Below, one piece after another: positions 15,505 through 27,925 of a stretch of 64,000 bases of DNA (positions within the stretch are counted from its first letter, which is position 1; each line of letters begins with the position of its first letter). This DNA comes from the human T2T-CHM13v2.0 reference genome, Homo sapiens: the NCBI RefSeq assembly GCF_009914755.1, contig NC_060926.1. One strand, 5' to 3'. The notes under the pieces were generated by a model, which made no database searches, was not told the DNA's origin, and saw only the letters and a list, made by a program, of their open reading frames with translations. The translations under genes and the position numbers were made by a program.

Positions 15505-15635
15505 GTAAAATGGTAATTGTTTACAGAGCACCTACTATGTGCCAGGTACTGGTCGAGGAGTTTTACAACTATTATCTCTTAAATCATCTAAATAGTCCTA
15601 CAAGGAATTTATCTCCATCTTATAAAAAAAGTGAG
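15505..15635 (-). mobile_element. MIR fragment
   Basis: TTTACAGAGCACCTACTATGTGCCAGG motif. Confidence 0.65.
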
Positions 15636-15995
15636 GGGTATCCATTCCATTTCATGACCTCTGCATATTGTACAACAGTCATTCAATACCTTGAATTCTC
15701 TCATCAGTTCTATTAACTTTTTCATAACAAAGATAGTGACTTAATAATACATATTAACTTTAATGTGACCTTAATACCTTCGGTTATTGGTCATCTTCCA
15801 AGCCAAGATAAGTCCTGAGGTTTATAACAACCCATAAGTATAATTTAGTATTATGTATCAAAATTTAAAATGATCATTTCTTTTCCTCTCAAAATTTTAC
15901 TTCTAAAAATACATAGAATAAGTTCTCATACTAGATAAATGTATGTATACGAGTGTTATTATCCTGTAGTTTATAGCATCAAAAAACTGGGAAGA

Positions 15996-16308
15996 GGCTG
16001 GGTGCGGTGGCTCACCCTATTATCCCAGCACTTTGGGAGGCTGAGGCAGGCAGATCGCTTGACAACAGGAATTTGAGACCAGCCTGGGTAACACTGCAAA
16101 ATCCCATCTCTACTAAAAATACAAAAAAAAAAAAAGGCAAGTGTGGTGATGCACGCATGTAGTCCCAGCAACTCAGGAGGCTGAGATTTGAGAATCGCCT
16201 GAGCCCAGAAAGTTAAGGCTGCAGTGAGCAGCAGCGATCATGCCACTGCTCTTCAGCCTGGGCAATAGAATGAAACCTTGCGTCAGAAAAAAAAAAAAAA
16301 AAAAAAAA
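15996..16308 (+). mobile_element. AluJ inside an old L1ME fragment
   Basis: Dimer with poly(A); TSD AAAAAACTGGGAA. Confidence 0.9.
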
Positions 16309-17309
16309 CTGGGAACAAACTTGACTATCCATCCATCAGCAGACAATTCTTAACTCAGTAAAGGCACATTCATACAATGGCAGGCTACATACTACAAATC
16401 CATTTAAGAGGAGCAGGATAACTCAAAGATTTCCTAAGTCATTAATTGGAACTTAATTCACATCTGGGTCCCAAGTTGTTATGATAAACTTTAAGTTATC
16501 TAAACTTTGGCATATCAACTTGATACATTATTCCTGGTATTTCTAGACCTAGAATGTTAGCCTTGTTTTAGGGAAAACTCCTTCTGCCTTCTTAGATATA
16601 ATCTTCTCATTATAAAGATAGTGAATAGTGGTATTATTATTATTGCATATATTTATATAGTACCTTACATTCAGGATGTGCTTTCACTGGTGCACACAAA
16701 TTCAAAGCTCACAGAAACCCAGTTTTACTGAGAATTCTTTTCTAACCCTAATGCCAAGGAAATCCATAAGGCAGCCCTTTGCATGAACCTGAAGATAATG
16801 TTAAGGTGAAATGGTTATACGTTTATTTTCAGAAAATAGTGTGAAATAAGTAGATTACTCTTCCAGTGTCTCTATGTCGTTGGAAATGTCGTTGGAAAAA
16901 TAATGCACAATGGAAGATAATGAATATTTAAACAATAAACAATGGAAGATAACAAATAATACATTCATCAAAGCAAAAAAAAGTGTGTAAAAGGATGTTT
17001 TATCAATCCCACTTTCCCTCTAGTATTGAAGCTAAGAAAAACAGTGTTGAATCTGCAAGACATTAGAGAATCTTGTACCAACACACCCTTCCAGAGGTGC
17101 CTACTAGAGAACCAGCTTCACCCAACCAAAAGATGACTGGGGAAGTACTAGCAAGAAACCAGTGGTGAGCACAAACATATTTAGATGTAGGACTAAAATG
17201 AATTTGGAGATAAGGGTGGGAAAATGTTATGCAAGTGCTGTTTTATGCTCTGCTGTTGTAGAACTAACACATGTAACAAAATATGAGAGAAAAAGGGGAG
17301 AAAATGGAT

Positions 17310-19880
17310 CACAGACCAAAATGTGAAAGTTAAAGCAATAAAGCAGTTAGAAGGGAACATAATAATATGTCTTAGTGACTTGGGGGGTTGGCAAAAGCTC
17401 CTTAGGTCACTGGAAGCAATAATAAAAACAATTTTAAATGATTAATTAAACAGCAAACTTAAAATATCTGCCTATCAACAGATACTGTTATAAAAATGAA
17501 TAAGCAAACCACAGACTAGAAGAAAATATTTGCAAAGTATATATCTGGCAAATTGCTGGTATCTAGCGTATTGAACAAATCAACAAATAAACTAAAAACT
17601 CAATAATAAAATTAACAACCTAATTTAAAATGGGAAAAAATCTAATACATACTTCATAAAATAAGATATATAAATAACCAACAAGCAAATGAAAAGTGTT
17701 CAACATCATTAATCATTAGGGAAATAAAAATTTAAATCACAATAAGGTACTACTAAACATCTACCAGAATGACTAAAATTTAAAAAGATTGACAGCACCA
17801 AATATCGGCAAGGATATGGGAAAACCAGCACTCTTATACATTGTTGGTGTGGATGTGAGACGGAACAACCAGTTTGGGAAATGGTCTCAAAATTTCTTAT
17901 AAGCTAAGCATATCTGCTATGACCCAGCAATACTATTGCTAGGTATTGACCAAATAAAAATAAAAAAATAGTTCACAAAACTACTTGTATAAGAATGTTC
18001 ATAGAAGCTTTATTCATAATAGCCCCAAGTTGGAAATAGTCTAACTGCCATACATTTTTATCTTTAATAAATAGGACTAAATTACTGACGCAAGCAACTA
18101 CATAGATGAATCTCAACATTATGGTAGGCTGGGCACTGGTCTGTAATCCCCATGCTTTGGAAGGCTGAGGCACGAAGATTGCTTGAGGCCAGGAGTTCAA
18201 CACCAACTCGGACAACATAGCAAGATCCCATCCCTACAAAAAATTTTGAAAAAAAAAGTAGCCAGGCACGTTGCTGTGCACCTGCTTAGCTCCTTGGCAA
18301 GCTGAAGTAGGAGGATCACTTGAGCCCGGGAGTTCAAGGCCGCAGTGAGCAATGGTCACACCATTGCATTCCAGCCTGAACAACACAGCAAGGGCCTGTC
18401 TCTAAAAAAAACAAAAAAAAATTTAAGTTTTGCTGAGTAAAAGCAGCCTTACACAAAAAAGATGATACAATGTTTGACTTGATTTCTATGAATTTCTAAA
18501 GCAGGTAAAAATTTATGGTAGAAAAAATCAGAAGCTTACCTCTGGGGAAATGGGAATTAAACAGCAAGGGCCATGAGGGTACTTTCTGGTAATGTTGTAT
18601 CTTGTTAGACGTTTGGGTTACACAGGCATATCCATTCTTCAAAACTGGCAAAGGTATACGTAAGGTTTGGGTACTTTACAGTATGTAAATTTTATATTAA
18701 AATACTTTAAACAAATAATAAACTCTAGTTAATGATATGCATCCTGAACTTTGAGGGTAAAAGTGTACTAATGTTAGAAATTTACTTTGAAATACACAAA
18801 AAATGAGATAGATTAACATATGGATAGAAGATTGGATATATGGATAACTATACCTAAAGTAAGTGCTGGACAGTAACATGTTAATGATACTGTCTAGGTG
18901 GTGGGTATATAGGCGTTCACTGTAAATTCTTTCAACTTTGCTGTAGGTTTGGAAATCTTCATAATAAAACGCTGGAGGAAAAAGAGGCAAGAGAATGGAG
19001 TAAGCAGAATAAGAACATAAGTTGCATCATAAGCAGAAGGACAGAGTCAGAGGATATCATTTAATGCTGACAAACTGAATTGTAGAAGTGTAAGAGTACA
19101 AAGATAAACACCATGAAAGATAATATTATTGACTAAAGTTGGAAAGTCAGGGAGAGATGAGAGAAGAAAGAAGACACAAGTCAATTTTGTTTTGCTCATA
19201 GTATAAAACCACTGGACATTTTCTAAGGAGAGAGAAAATTACCAGTATTTATAGTATGTATTAATAATGAAAGAAATGAGATTAAACAGAGTATATATCA
19301 ATAAATGTAGATAGGCTTAAACTAACTGAAGATTAAAACAGATTTCAACATTTTGCTTTATACAAAAGACTTGCCTAAAACTGAGTGATCCAGAAAGGTT
19401 AGAAATAAAAGGTTAGGCAAAGTTGTGCCAGTCAAAAGTAAGCAAAAATAAAGCAAGGATCAAGGCTTTGATGTCAGACAAAGTAGAATTCAAGCCAAAA
19501 AGCATTAAGCAAAACAAAGAGGATACTGTATAAGTGTACTTTTCAATTCAGTAGTCACTAGTCACCTGTGACTCCTGAACATTACAAACATGGTTAATGT
19601 GATAAACTACATTTTAAATTTTATTTAATTAAATTAAGTGGTGCAGAGAAAACTTCCATTATCCCAGAAAGCTCTATTGGGTAATGCTTCTTTATAATGT
19701 TTAAGACTCCAATTCACAATGAATATATGGCAGTTATAAATATCTATGTATGAAATAACATAGCGTCTACTTTCATAAAATAGAAGTGATGGAAAGATGC
19801 AAACTCATATAATAAAAGATTTTAAAATCAAATCTCTCCACACAAGACAAAGCAAGTGGAAAGATCCAGTGCTCAAAGGC
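17310..19880 (+). mobile_element. Old L1 (L1M/L1ME-type) fragments
   Basis: Decayed ORF2 C-terminus and 3' UTR to ~18985; endonuclease-like fragment at ~19290-19800. Confidence 0.7.
18127..18421 (+). mobile_element. AluJ
   Basis: Diverged dimer. Confidence 0.9.
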
Positions 19881-19935
19881 TGAAATTGAAAAAAATGTAA
19901 GTTGTAGGAGGACACAGTTGGCTGTTCATTTTTTA

Positions 19936-20404
<469 letters not shown>

Positions 20405-21214
20405 TTATGCATGTACATGTAACTGCCCTAAAGACATTGGCGTCATAAGTGAACTAACCTTCAGAGTTGTGGTGAGAATACAATTAATGGGAATTTTTGA
20501 AGTGTTCTGAATTTTTAGGAAGAAAGTCATTGCATAAGCATTTCTTTTTTTGTCTTTTAACAGAGTACATTGGTCCCCAAGGAAAAAACCATCTTGGTCC
20601 CGCTTCAACTATTCACCCTAATTAAGTCCGTCAACCCTCTGGTCCACTAGTGGAACAATGCTCCTGACTCAGCTGACGTTTCCTCTGAGGAAAGCTATTT
20701 GCAAAACATTTCTTGAGACTTCCTGTCAGAAGCCTATAGCCTGGTGACTTGGGGAATTATCTAAATTTTTGGCACTTTAGTGGGAGCCAGGCAGAAGAAG
20801 GAAGCATCATGTTGGTCTTCTTTGTCTATTAAAGACCCATCGATAACCCACACACTTTGCCTTCCCAGCAAGTGCAGGAACAAATGTAAGGCAGAATGGT
20901 TCACCAGGGAAACAGGTATAGAGCTGGATGAAACCCCACCAAAGCCACAAAAGCTCCATCTACTTCCCTTCCTGATAATGACGGTGTCCCTTACAAATAT
21001 TGTTCCAACACTCTAAAGCCACAAGATAGTTTTCTTCAATCAATAGGTGCTATAGTAACCATCCCTGTCAATTCCAAATGTCTGTAAGGGTGTATAGGGC
21101 CCAGGATTGCTTACAGGAGAAGGCTTCTTCCACCCTGATAATGATATTTTCTATGCATCATAAATTAAGGCCTTTATTTTCAAGGGTTTGACAAGAAGGG
21201 GTTTGATGGGTCTG

Positions 21215-21900
21215 CCCATCAGGTGTTGCAGGTTTCCTGTGTAGCCACAAGCAGAGTCTGGCCAACAGAAAACCTGGTCAGGTATGTTCACAACTAGCTT
21301 GTGTCGCAGATGCTGTTTGTTTTCTCCTTTCAACTTACCTATCATAATCTTTCCTTTAAAATTCCATATCTCACTATTGACCACATGATCCATAAAGATA
21401 GGAGCAACTAGGGTTAGAGCAGAGGCATTCAAAAGAAGCATTGAAAACATCCCCACGGCATGAAAGTACCTGTCCATGCTGAAGATCATTGAATGTCCTG
21501 TCTATCCTTATCTCCAGAAGCTGTATGTTACCATCAGTCAGCTGTGTGATCAATGAGGTTTTCTCAGTTAGTAGATGGTCAGCTTCTAGGTCTTGATAAG
21601 CCAATTTCAGCTGTAGTTAATAATGATGAAGTTGCTCTTGCTGGGTGAAAAATGAAAACACAATACCCATTCTGAGGAGCTTTCCTCATGAGCAGTGTAT
21701 TTGCCAACACCCAGGACACACTATAACTTGATGATCTCCCTGTAGCATACATTAGAGGAGAAGATCACATTTAGCATGTCTTTGGCTTGACTGCCAAAGT
21801 AGTGTGAAATCTCAGAAGTGGTGGGTCTCATGACCCAAATGTGCCATCTGGGAGGATGACCGTATGAGTTGAGTGGGTGTGAACCCTCAGGGTCATGTTG
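21215..21900 (-). pseudogene. RACK1P2: RACK1 (GNB2L1) processed pseudogene, heavily decayed (probably RACK1P2)
   Basis: Minus-strand translations are colinear with RACK1 WD40 sequence: TLRVHTH..VILPDGTFGS*D ([27 protein letters not shown]), FGSQAKDMLNVIFSSN (FVGHTKDVLSVAFSSD), [36 protein letters not shown] ([37 protein letters not shown]), EIWNFKGKIMIGKLKGE (KIWDLEGKIIVDELKQE), GYTGNL (GYTDNL). No introns, many stops and frameshifts. The P2 suffix is from memory; the 5' boundary may extend to ~22100. Confidence 0.9.
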
Positions 21901-22121
21901 TCTATAAAATGCTGTGGACGACACTTGGGAGTCAGAAGGTCTGCAGTTTTGCAGAAGACACCCTTTGCGGAGAATTTTTTTGATCACTCACATAGGGTAT
22001 GGACTAGGGAACTGCTTCACGAGGGAAACTGAAGCTGTTTTGCTAAAGGAAACAAAGCAAAAGCCTAAAGCTATTTTGCTATTCCACTCTTTGTGACAAG
22101 AGCAAGTAAGCAGTCTGTATA

Positions 22122-22458
22122 CAGATGCTCCTTGACTTACGGTGGAGTTATGTCTTAGTAAACCCATAAGCGGAAAATATTGTAAGTCAAAAATGCCTTT
22201 AATATACCTAACCTACTGGACATCATAGCTTAGCCTAGCTCACCTCTAACATGCTCAGAAAACTTACTTTAGCTTATGGCTGGGCAAAATCATCTAACAC
22301 AAAGCCTATTTTATAATAAAATGTTGTGTTTCTTATGTCACTTATTAAATAGCATGCTGAAAGGAAAAAGCAGAATGGTGGTATGAAATATGATTATTGA
22401 ATGTGTATCACTTTCATACCATTGTAAAGTTGAACCATTATAAATTAGAGACTATCTG
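22122..22458 (+). mobile_element. MER47A-like Tigger MITE
   Basis: CAGATGCTCCTTGACTTACG ... AGACTATCTG with TA TSD. Confidence 0.88.
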
Positions 22459-22883
22459 TATACTGGTAAAGTATGCATCAAATGAACATCAAGTGCGACT
22501 TGAGGCTAAAAGAAGCCCCATACACCCTGTCTGAAGGATGAGTTAGCCTTGGTAATGCTGGTTTAATGGGCCCACTGGAGGGAGGCCCTATTTGGATTCG
22601 CTGCATTTATGCATATGGGTGTTTGGTTCTATTCCTTCTCCCAGAGAGGCTACTTCATTGACTTCACTAGTGAAGCTCAACAGGGTCCTCACAATGTGCA
22701 GGGTATGAAGAATTCCATTTTATACCTCTGCGTCCAATTCTCTGGGATATACCCTGTCTTATTCCCCTTCCTGTCAGTCCTGTGCTCAGCAGATTGTGCT
22801 CTGGAATTCAGGGTGTGGTTCAAGGTCAGGTTAGTTTTGCCCAGAGTCACAGAGCATACAACTGGCCATCATATAGTAGAGGT

Positions 22884-22943
22884 CTCAAAACCAGAGCCTA
22901 GACACATGGCCTCAAAACCAGAGCCTAGACACATGACCTCAAA
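22884..22943. repeat. 27-bp tandem duplication
   Basis: CTCAAAACCAGAGCCTAGACACATG(G/A)C twice. Confidence 0.92.
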
Positions 22944-23030
22944 TTCATCTGCCAATCTGAAGGGATAGATAAAGAAATGCAGAGTGCTAATTTTTTGTTC
23001 ATTCATTCAAGAAATACTCACTGATAGTCA

Positions 23031-23113
23031 TGTATATGCTGGGCACTGTTCAAGAAGTTCACATCTTGAATGAAGTGAATCCTGAACTTCTTGAATGGTG
23101 CCCAGCATATACA
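23031..23113. repeat. Inverted repeat: 31-bp arms, 21-nt spacer, derived from an L2 3' end
   Basis: TGTATATGCTGGGCACTGTTCAAGAAGTTCA / TGAACTTCTTGAATGGTGCCCAGCATATACA; preceded by the L2 tail TTCATTCATTCAA. Confidence 0.93.
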
Positions 23114-23529
23114 ATGAAATAAAAAAGAATACTTGTCCTTTGTAAGATCTATATTTGACAAGGAACTGACAATGACCAAGAAATACAGAAGTAGGCAATG
23201 GAAAGCAACCTATGAAGTGTGCCAGAATCAGAGCAGGCACCTGCAGCAGGTTGACATACCAGCTTGCATGGGCATGATGAGTGTATTTATGGAGCCTGAA
23301 GTTGGACAACAAAGCCAGTCAGCTTAGAGCTTATCTTTTTCCAGATTTTTCCATTTGTACAACAGGAATAATGATATCTGTTTTCAGATGCTTTGAATTC
23401 CAGGTATGAAAAATGACCTCTGATGTGAATGCAAAATTGTTCTCATTCCTGCATGAAAGTTCTCTGGGCTTTTTGATCTTGTCACATTTCAAAAGCTGTG
23501 TGCTCCTGTAGAATGACCCCCTGGGCTCC

Positions 23530-23660
23530 AATCAGGAGATCTACTGTTCTGATTGAGCTCTGCCACCAGACGTGTAACCTTAGGCAAGTTGCTTAATCTC
23601 CTGAAACCTATCTCTTCACCTGTGAAATGACTGAGTTGGATCAGGTGATCTTTAAGCTTA
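23530..23660 (+). mobile_element. MIR fragment
   Basis: Core GTGTAACCTTAGGCAAGTTGCTTAATCTC. Confidence 0.75.
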
Positions 23661-23989
23661 AAATTTTTTCTGACGTCCTGTACAATTCAAAGAAAGGTCA
23701 TCTCCTAAACCAGTTTCACCAATATAAATGCTACTCACAGGAAAATTTCCTTGTTGTGGTGTATGACCGGAACTAATTTTTATTCATTTAACGCAACATT
23801 TTTATTCTTCTTTCATTGACTAAAAATATATTTTTCCTACTTCTCACTTTTTTTCCTGTGTCTTTAATTTGCAAAGTTTTTAAACCCCTGTAGCCATCAT
23901 CTGTGGCAATTTGGTTGCTCGTATGAGCTTTTTTTTCTTTCTCCAAGTCAATGTTCTCGACGTTGCTCATGTGATTATGACAACATGTT

Positions 23990-24210
23990 AATAATATAGA
24001 TTAGCTTACATTTGTCGAGTGTTTACTATAGCCAGGCACAAAGCATCTCACATGATCATCATAGCAACTCTAAGAGATGTAATATTACCATCTTTATCTT
24101 ATAAGAGGAGAAACAGATACATTGAGGGAGTAAGAGTTTCCCAAAGTTACACAGCTAGTGAGAACTGCGCTGGTATTGTCTAACTGCAGAGTCCAAATTC
24201 ATGGCTTCTA
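23990..24210 (-). mobile_element. MIR
   Basis: Antisense core CCCAAAGTTACACAGCTAGTGAG. Confidence 0.75.
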
Positions 24211-25454
24211 TTTCAAATTAGCTCAGCTGGTATAGAGATGCAATGGGGAGGAGGGGAGGACAGAAAGGGAGGGAGGGAGGGAGAGAGGGGAAAAAAGAAG
24301 AAAAGATTAGATTCAGGGAAAAAATTATTTATATTCTATTTTTAAATAATTGTAAATCTAAATAATTGTATTTAGTCCCATGGAAAATGTATAGTATGAA
24401 AACTTAGAGTATCTGCTTTATTGAAAACTAGAGACTAATGAGAAAAATAATACTTTTTAGTTTAGCTATTACAGTATTATTATCTGGGCCTATTTAGGAA
24501 GTTGCAGAATGGCGGCAGCTTTCCAACTTTTATTCTGAAATTAGATCCTGGGGCCTATGGCAAGGGTAGGGCAGACAGCATATGGCCCAAGGTCAAAGAC
24601 TGCCTAGGACAAACCCAAAAGTATGCCTCAACAGAGGTAAGAACTAATTCACAAATTCCATAACAATAAATGGCGACTGTGAGCATATGACTGACCCATT
24701 CTATTTTCAAGTAAGGTCAAGTCAGAAAGCTGAATTTAGGACAACTAAGAGCCAATAATATTCTTGGCTGGAAAGCCTGCCATTCATCAACAGAATCACA
24801 TGTCTACAGAGCTCTCCAGCTTAACTAAGTTCATGACCATTTTGGGAAAGGTATGATGTCTTGCTAAAGCCTCAGCTTTGCTCATCAAGTTCTGGTGCCC
24901 ACACCAGGATTTTCAGGCAGTTGTTCCTCTGGTGAGGTAACATTTGTTCTGTAGGAGATGGCCTTTAGCACCAGCACTCCTGTTGTCAAGAGGTCTTTGC
25001 ACTCAATCACATCTATTGACAATCTGCAACCTGCTAGGTCATGGACTGAATGCTTCATCAAGGTTATTTATGAGTCACCATGACTTCAGGGTTTTTTTGT
25101 TTCATGCAAAGATCAGAAGTACAAAAATAGCTTTATTTAATCAGAAAGAGCTAGAAAATAACTGTCTTGTACATTCTTCCTGTGGTTATGGTTTCCAGTA
25201 CCCTTTTCTTCAATTAATTATATAAGTATACTCAACTTCAAGGATCTTATTTTCCCCCAAATCATTCATGTGGTAACAAGGGAATAGAAAAGCCTTCATG
25301 AGCAAGTACATTGATGTTCCACAAAAGCTTCTGAAACATGTACCTCGAGTAGACACCAGTCTGCATCTCATTTCTTTAAGGCTTGTTTACCTAAAGTATG
25401 ACAGGAATATTTTTCAATCAAAGCTATGGGGTGTTGTTGTTGTTTTTAAAATAT

Positions 25455-26125
25455 CTTTTTTAAACCACCTTAACCATTTTTAAGTGTATTATACGGTGCA
25501 CATTGTTGTGCAAAGAATCTCCAGAAATTTTCGTATTGCATATCTGAAACTCTATAGCCATTAAACAGTAACTTTTCTTTTTCCCCTCCCCCTAACCCCT
25601 GCTAACCACTATTCTACTTTCTAAGAGTTTGACTACTTTAGATTCCTCATATAAATGGAATCATGCAGCGTTTGTCTTTTTGTGACTGGCTTATGTCACT
25701 TAGCAAAACATCCTCAAGGTTCATCCACGTTGTAGCACATGGCAGGATTTGCTCCTTTTTTAAAGCTGAATAATATTCCATTGTATGTATAGACCACATT
25801 TCATTTATCCATCCATCTGTTGATGGACATTTAGGTGGCTTCCACCTCCTGGCTATTGTTAATAACACTGCAATGAACATGAGTATGCAAATCAATCTTT
25901 GAGATACTGTTTTCAATTCTTTTGGATATATACCCAGAAGTGGGATTGCTAGATCATGTGATAATTCTATTTGGAATTTTTGAGGAACCTCCATACTATT
26001 TTCCATAGCTGCTACACCATTTTATATTTGCACAAGCAATGCCTAGGGTTCCAATTTTCCCATATCCTTGCCAACACTTGTTATTTTCTGTGTTTTTTAA
26101 AACAGTGGCCATCTTAATGAGTGAG
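25455..26125 (-). mobile_element. L1MB-type 3' fragment
   Basis: ORF 25647-26006 (AIPLLGIYPKE...WKPPKCPS..W) is the L1 ORF2 C-terminus. Confidence 0.88.
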
Positions 26126-26550
26126 GTATATTTTTTCACCATCTTTTATAAAGAGCAAAATAATAACCAAGCAAACAATTTCAAGTAATTTAATTAAATG
26201 TTATCAAATCAAATCAATCATCTAACACTATCATCTTCCTGGCACTAACTTATTCTTTGTTTTATGCAAAAGTTAGTCAATATACACAGAACCTCTCATG
26301 CAGCAATTCAACCTTTAGGTATACGTTCAACATAAATCAGTACTTATATCCACCTAAAGACATGTATAAGAATGTTCACAGAGCTTTACTCACAATAGCC
26401 CAAAACTGAAGACTACCAAAGTCCAGAGACATTACAACAGATAAATAAATTGAAGTATATTTACATAATGGAGTACCAAACAGCAGTGAAAAAAAAAAGA
26501 ACTGCTATATGTGACAACTTTGATGAATTTTATATACATAACATTGAGTA

Positions 26551-26852
26551 GGCCAGGCCAGATGCAGTGGCACGCACCTGTAATCCCAGCACTTTGGGAG
26601 GCCAAGGTGGGTGGATTGCTTAAGCCCAGGAGTTTGAGACTAGCCTGGGCAACAAGGCGAGACCTTGTCTCTACAAAAAATACACACAAAAATTAGCTGG
26701 GCGTGGTGACACATGCCTCTAGTTTCAGATGCTTGGGAGCCTGAGGTGGGAGGAGCACCTGAGCCTGGGTGGTCGAGGCTGCAGTCAGCCGTGATTGCAC
26801 CACTGCACTCCAGTCTGAGTGACAGAGTGGGACCTTGTCTCAAAAAAAAAAA
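26551..26852 (+). mobile_element. AluJ
   Basis: Full dimer. Confidence 0.92.
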
Positions 26853-26892
26853 ATTTTTTTTTTGAGTAAAAGAAGCCGGATACAAAAGAATA

Positions 26893-27228
26893 CAATGATC
26901 CCTTGGTACCTGGGCATGATTGGTGATTCGTTCCAGGACTGCCCCGATACTAAAATCCGAGGATGCTCAAGTCCCTCATATGAAATGGCATAGTGTTTGC
27001 ATATCCACACCCTCTCAGTACACTTTAAATCAGCTCTAGATTACTTATAATACTTAATACAATATAAACATTATGTAAATAGTTATTAGACTGTCTTTTT
27101 TAGTGAATAATGACAAGGGAAAAAGTCTGTACATGTTTAGTACTGATGCAATTTTTTTTTCAAATATTTTTAGCCCATGGTTGACTGAATCCATGGATGT
27201 GTAACCCATGGATACAAAGGGCCAACAA
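26893..27228 (+). mobile_element. MER2 Tigger-type MITE
   Basis: GTTCCAGGAC...GGATGCTCAAGTCCCT...GGATACAAAGGGCCAAC. Confidence 0.85.
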
Positions 27229-27677
27229 TACATACTATATGATTCCATTTGTAAAGTTCAAAAACAGGCAAAACTATGGAGATAGAGCTCAGTATGATTC
27301 CCATTGGTGGGGTATTGACTAGTAAGCAGCAGAAAGGATTATTTGGAATGCTGTAAATATGTTATATCTTGATCAGGATAGTAGTTGCATGAGTATATAC
27401 ATAAACAAAACCTCATTAAGCTGCATAGTGTATTTGAATCTGTACATTTTCTTTTATGTAACTATCAAAAAAGTAAAAGAAGAAAGATTAGTCTTAGCAA
27501 GAGAACCTATTTTGCCTTGATAAAATACCCTCCTCTTTGTTTTTTTAAGAGAAACAAATAACCAAAAAAAAAAAAAAAGAAAAAAAAATTCCACTAGTAA
27601 GTGAGTTTGGGGAATGTTGGAGAAGGAAAAAAAATGCCAAACTTAGTATTGAAGTGAACTTTAAAAAATGGCAGAGA

Positions 27678-27925
27678 CCTTTGCCCGGCCACTCCACCAT
27701 GTGGGAAGTGAGGAGCACCTCTGCCTGGCCGCCTCCCCATCTGGGAAGTGAGGAGCGCCTCTGCCTGGCCGCCCCACTGTCTGGGAAGTGAGGAGCAGCT
27801 CTGCCCGGCCAGCGTGCAACCTAGTGTGAAGTTACAGCCTAGTGTGTGATCTTTCTGCCCTCCCCTGGTTTGCATTTTCGACGTTAAGGTTTACTTTTTA
27901 AATAAAACTTTTAAAATGGAGAATA
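27678..27925 (+). mobile_element. SVA2 retrotransposon, 5'-truncated
   Basis: Three ~38-bp VNTR units (CTCTGCC(T/C)GGCC...TGGGAAGTGAGGAGC), then a non-SINE-R unique 3' segment (GTGCAACC..GTGTGAAGT.ACAGCC..GTGTGTGATCTTTCTGCC), AATAAA, and an exact 15-bp TSD AAAAAATGGCAGAGA at 27663-27677 and 27926-27940. Confidence 0.85.

Larger units (their letters stand above)
26270..27475 (+). mobile_element. Old L1ME-type 3' fragment hosting an AluJ and a MER2
   Basis: L1 3' motifs resume on both sides of the nested elements. Confidence 0.7.

Noticed and set aside
16874-16952. 12-bp tandem ATGTCGTTGGAA and repeated ACAATGGAAGATAA
   Set aside because: Ordinary slippage-scale duplications with no functional cue.
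21901-22100. Possible 5' extension of the RACK1 pseudogene
   Set aside because: I could not align it to the RACK1 N-terminus by eye, so it was left outside the call.
27678-27812. Regularly spaced repeats resembling a CRISPR-like array
   Set aside because: No unique spacers; these are SVA-type VNTR units in a eukaryotic genome.
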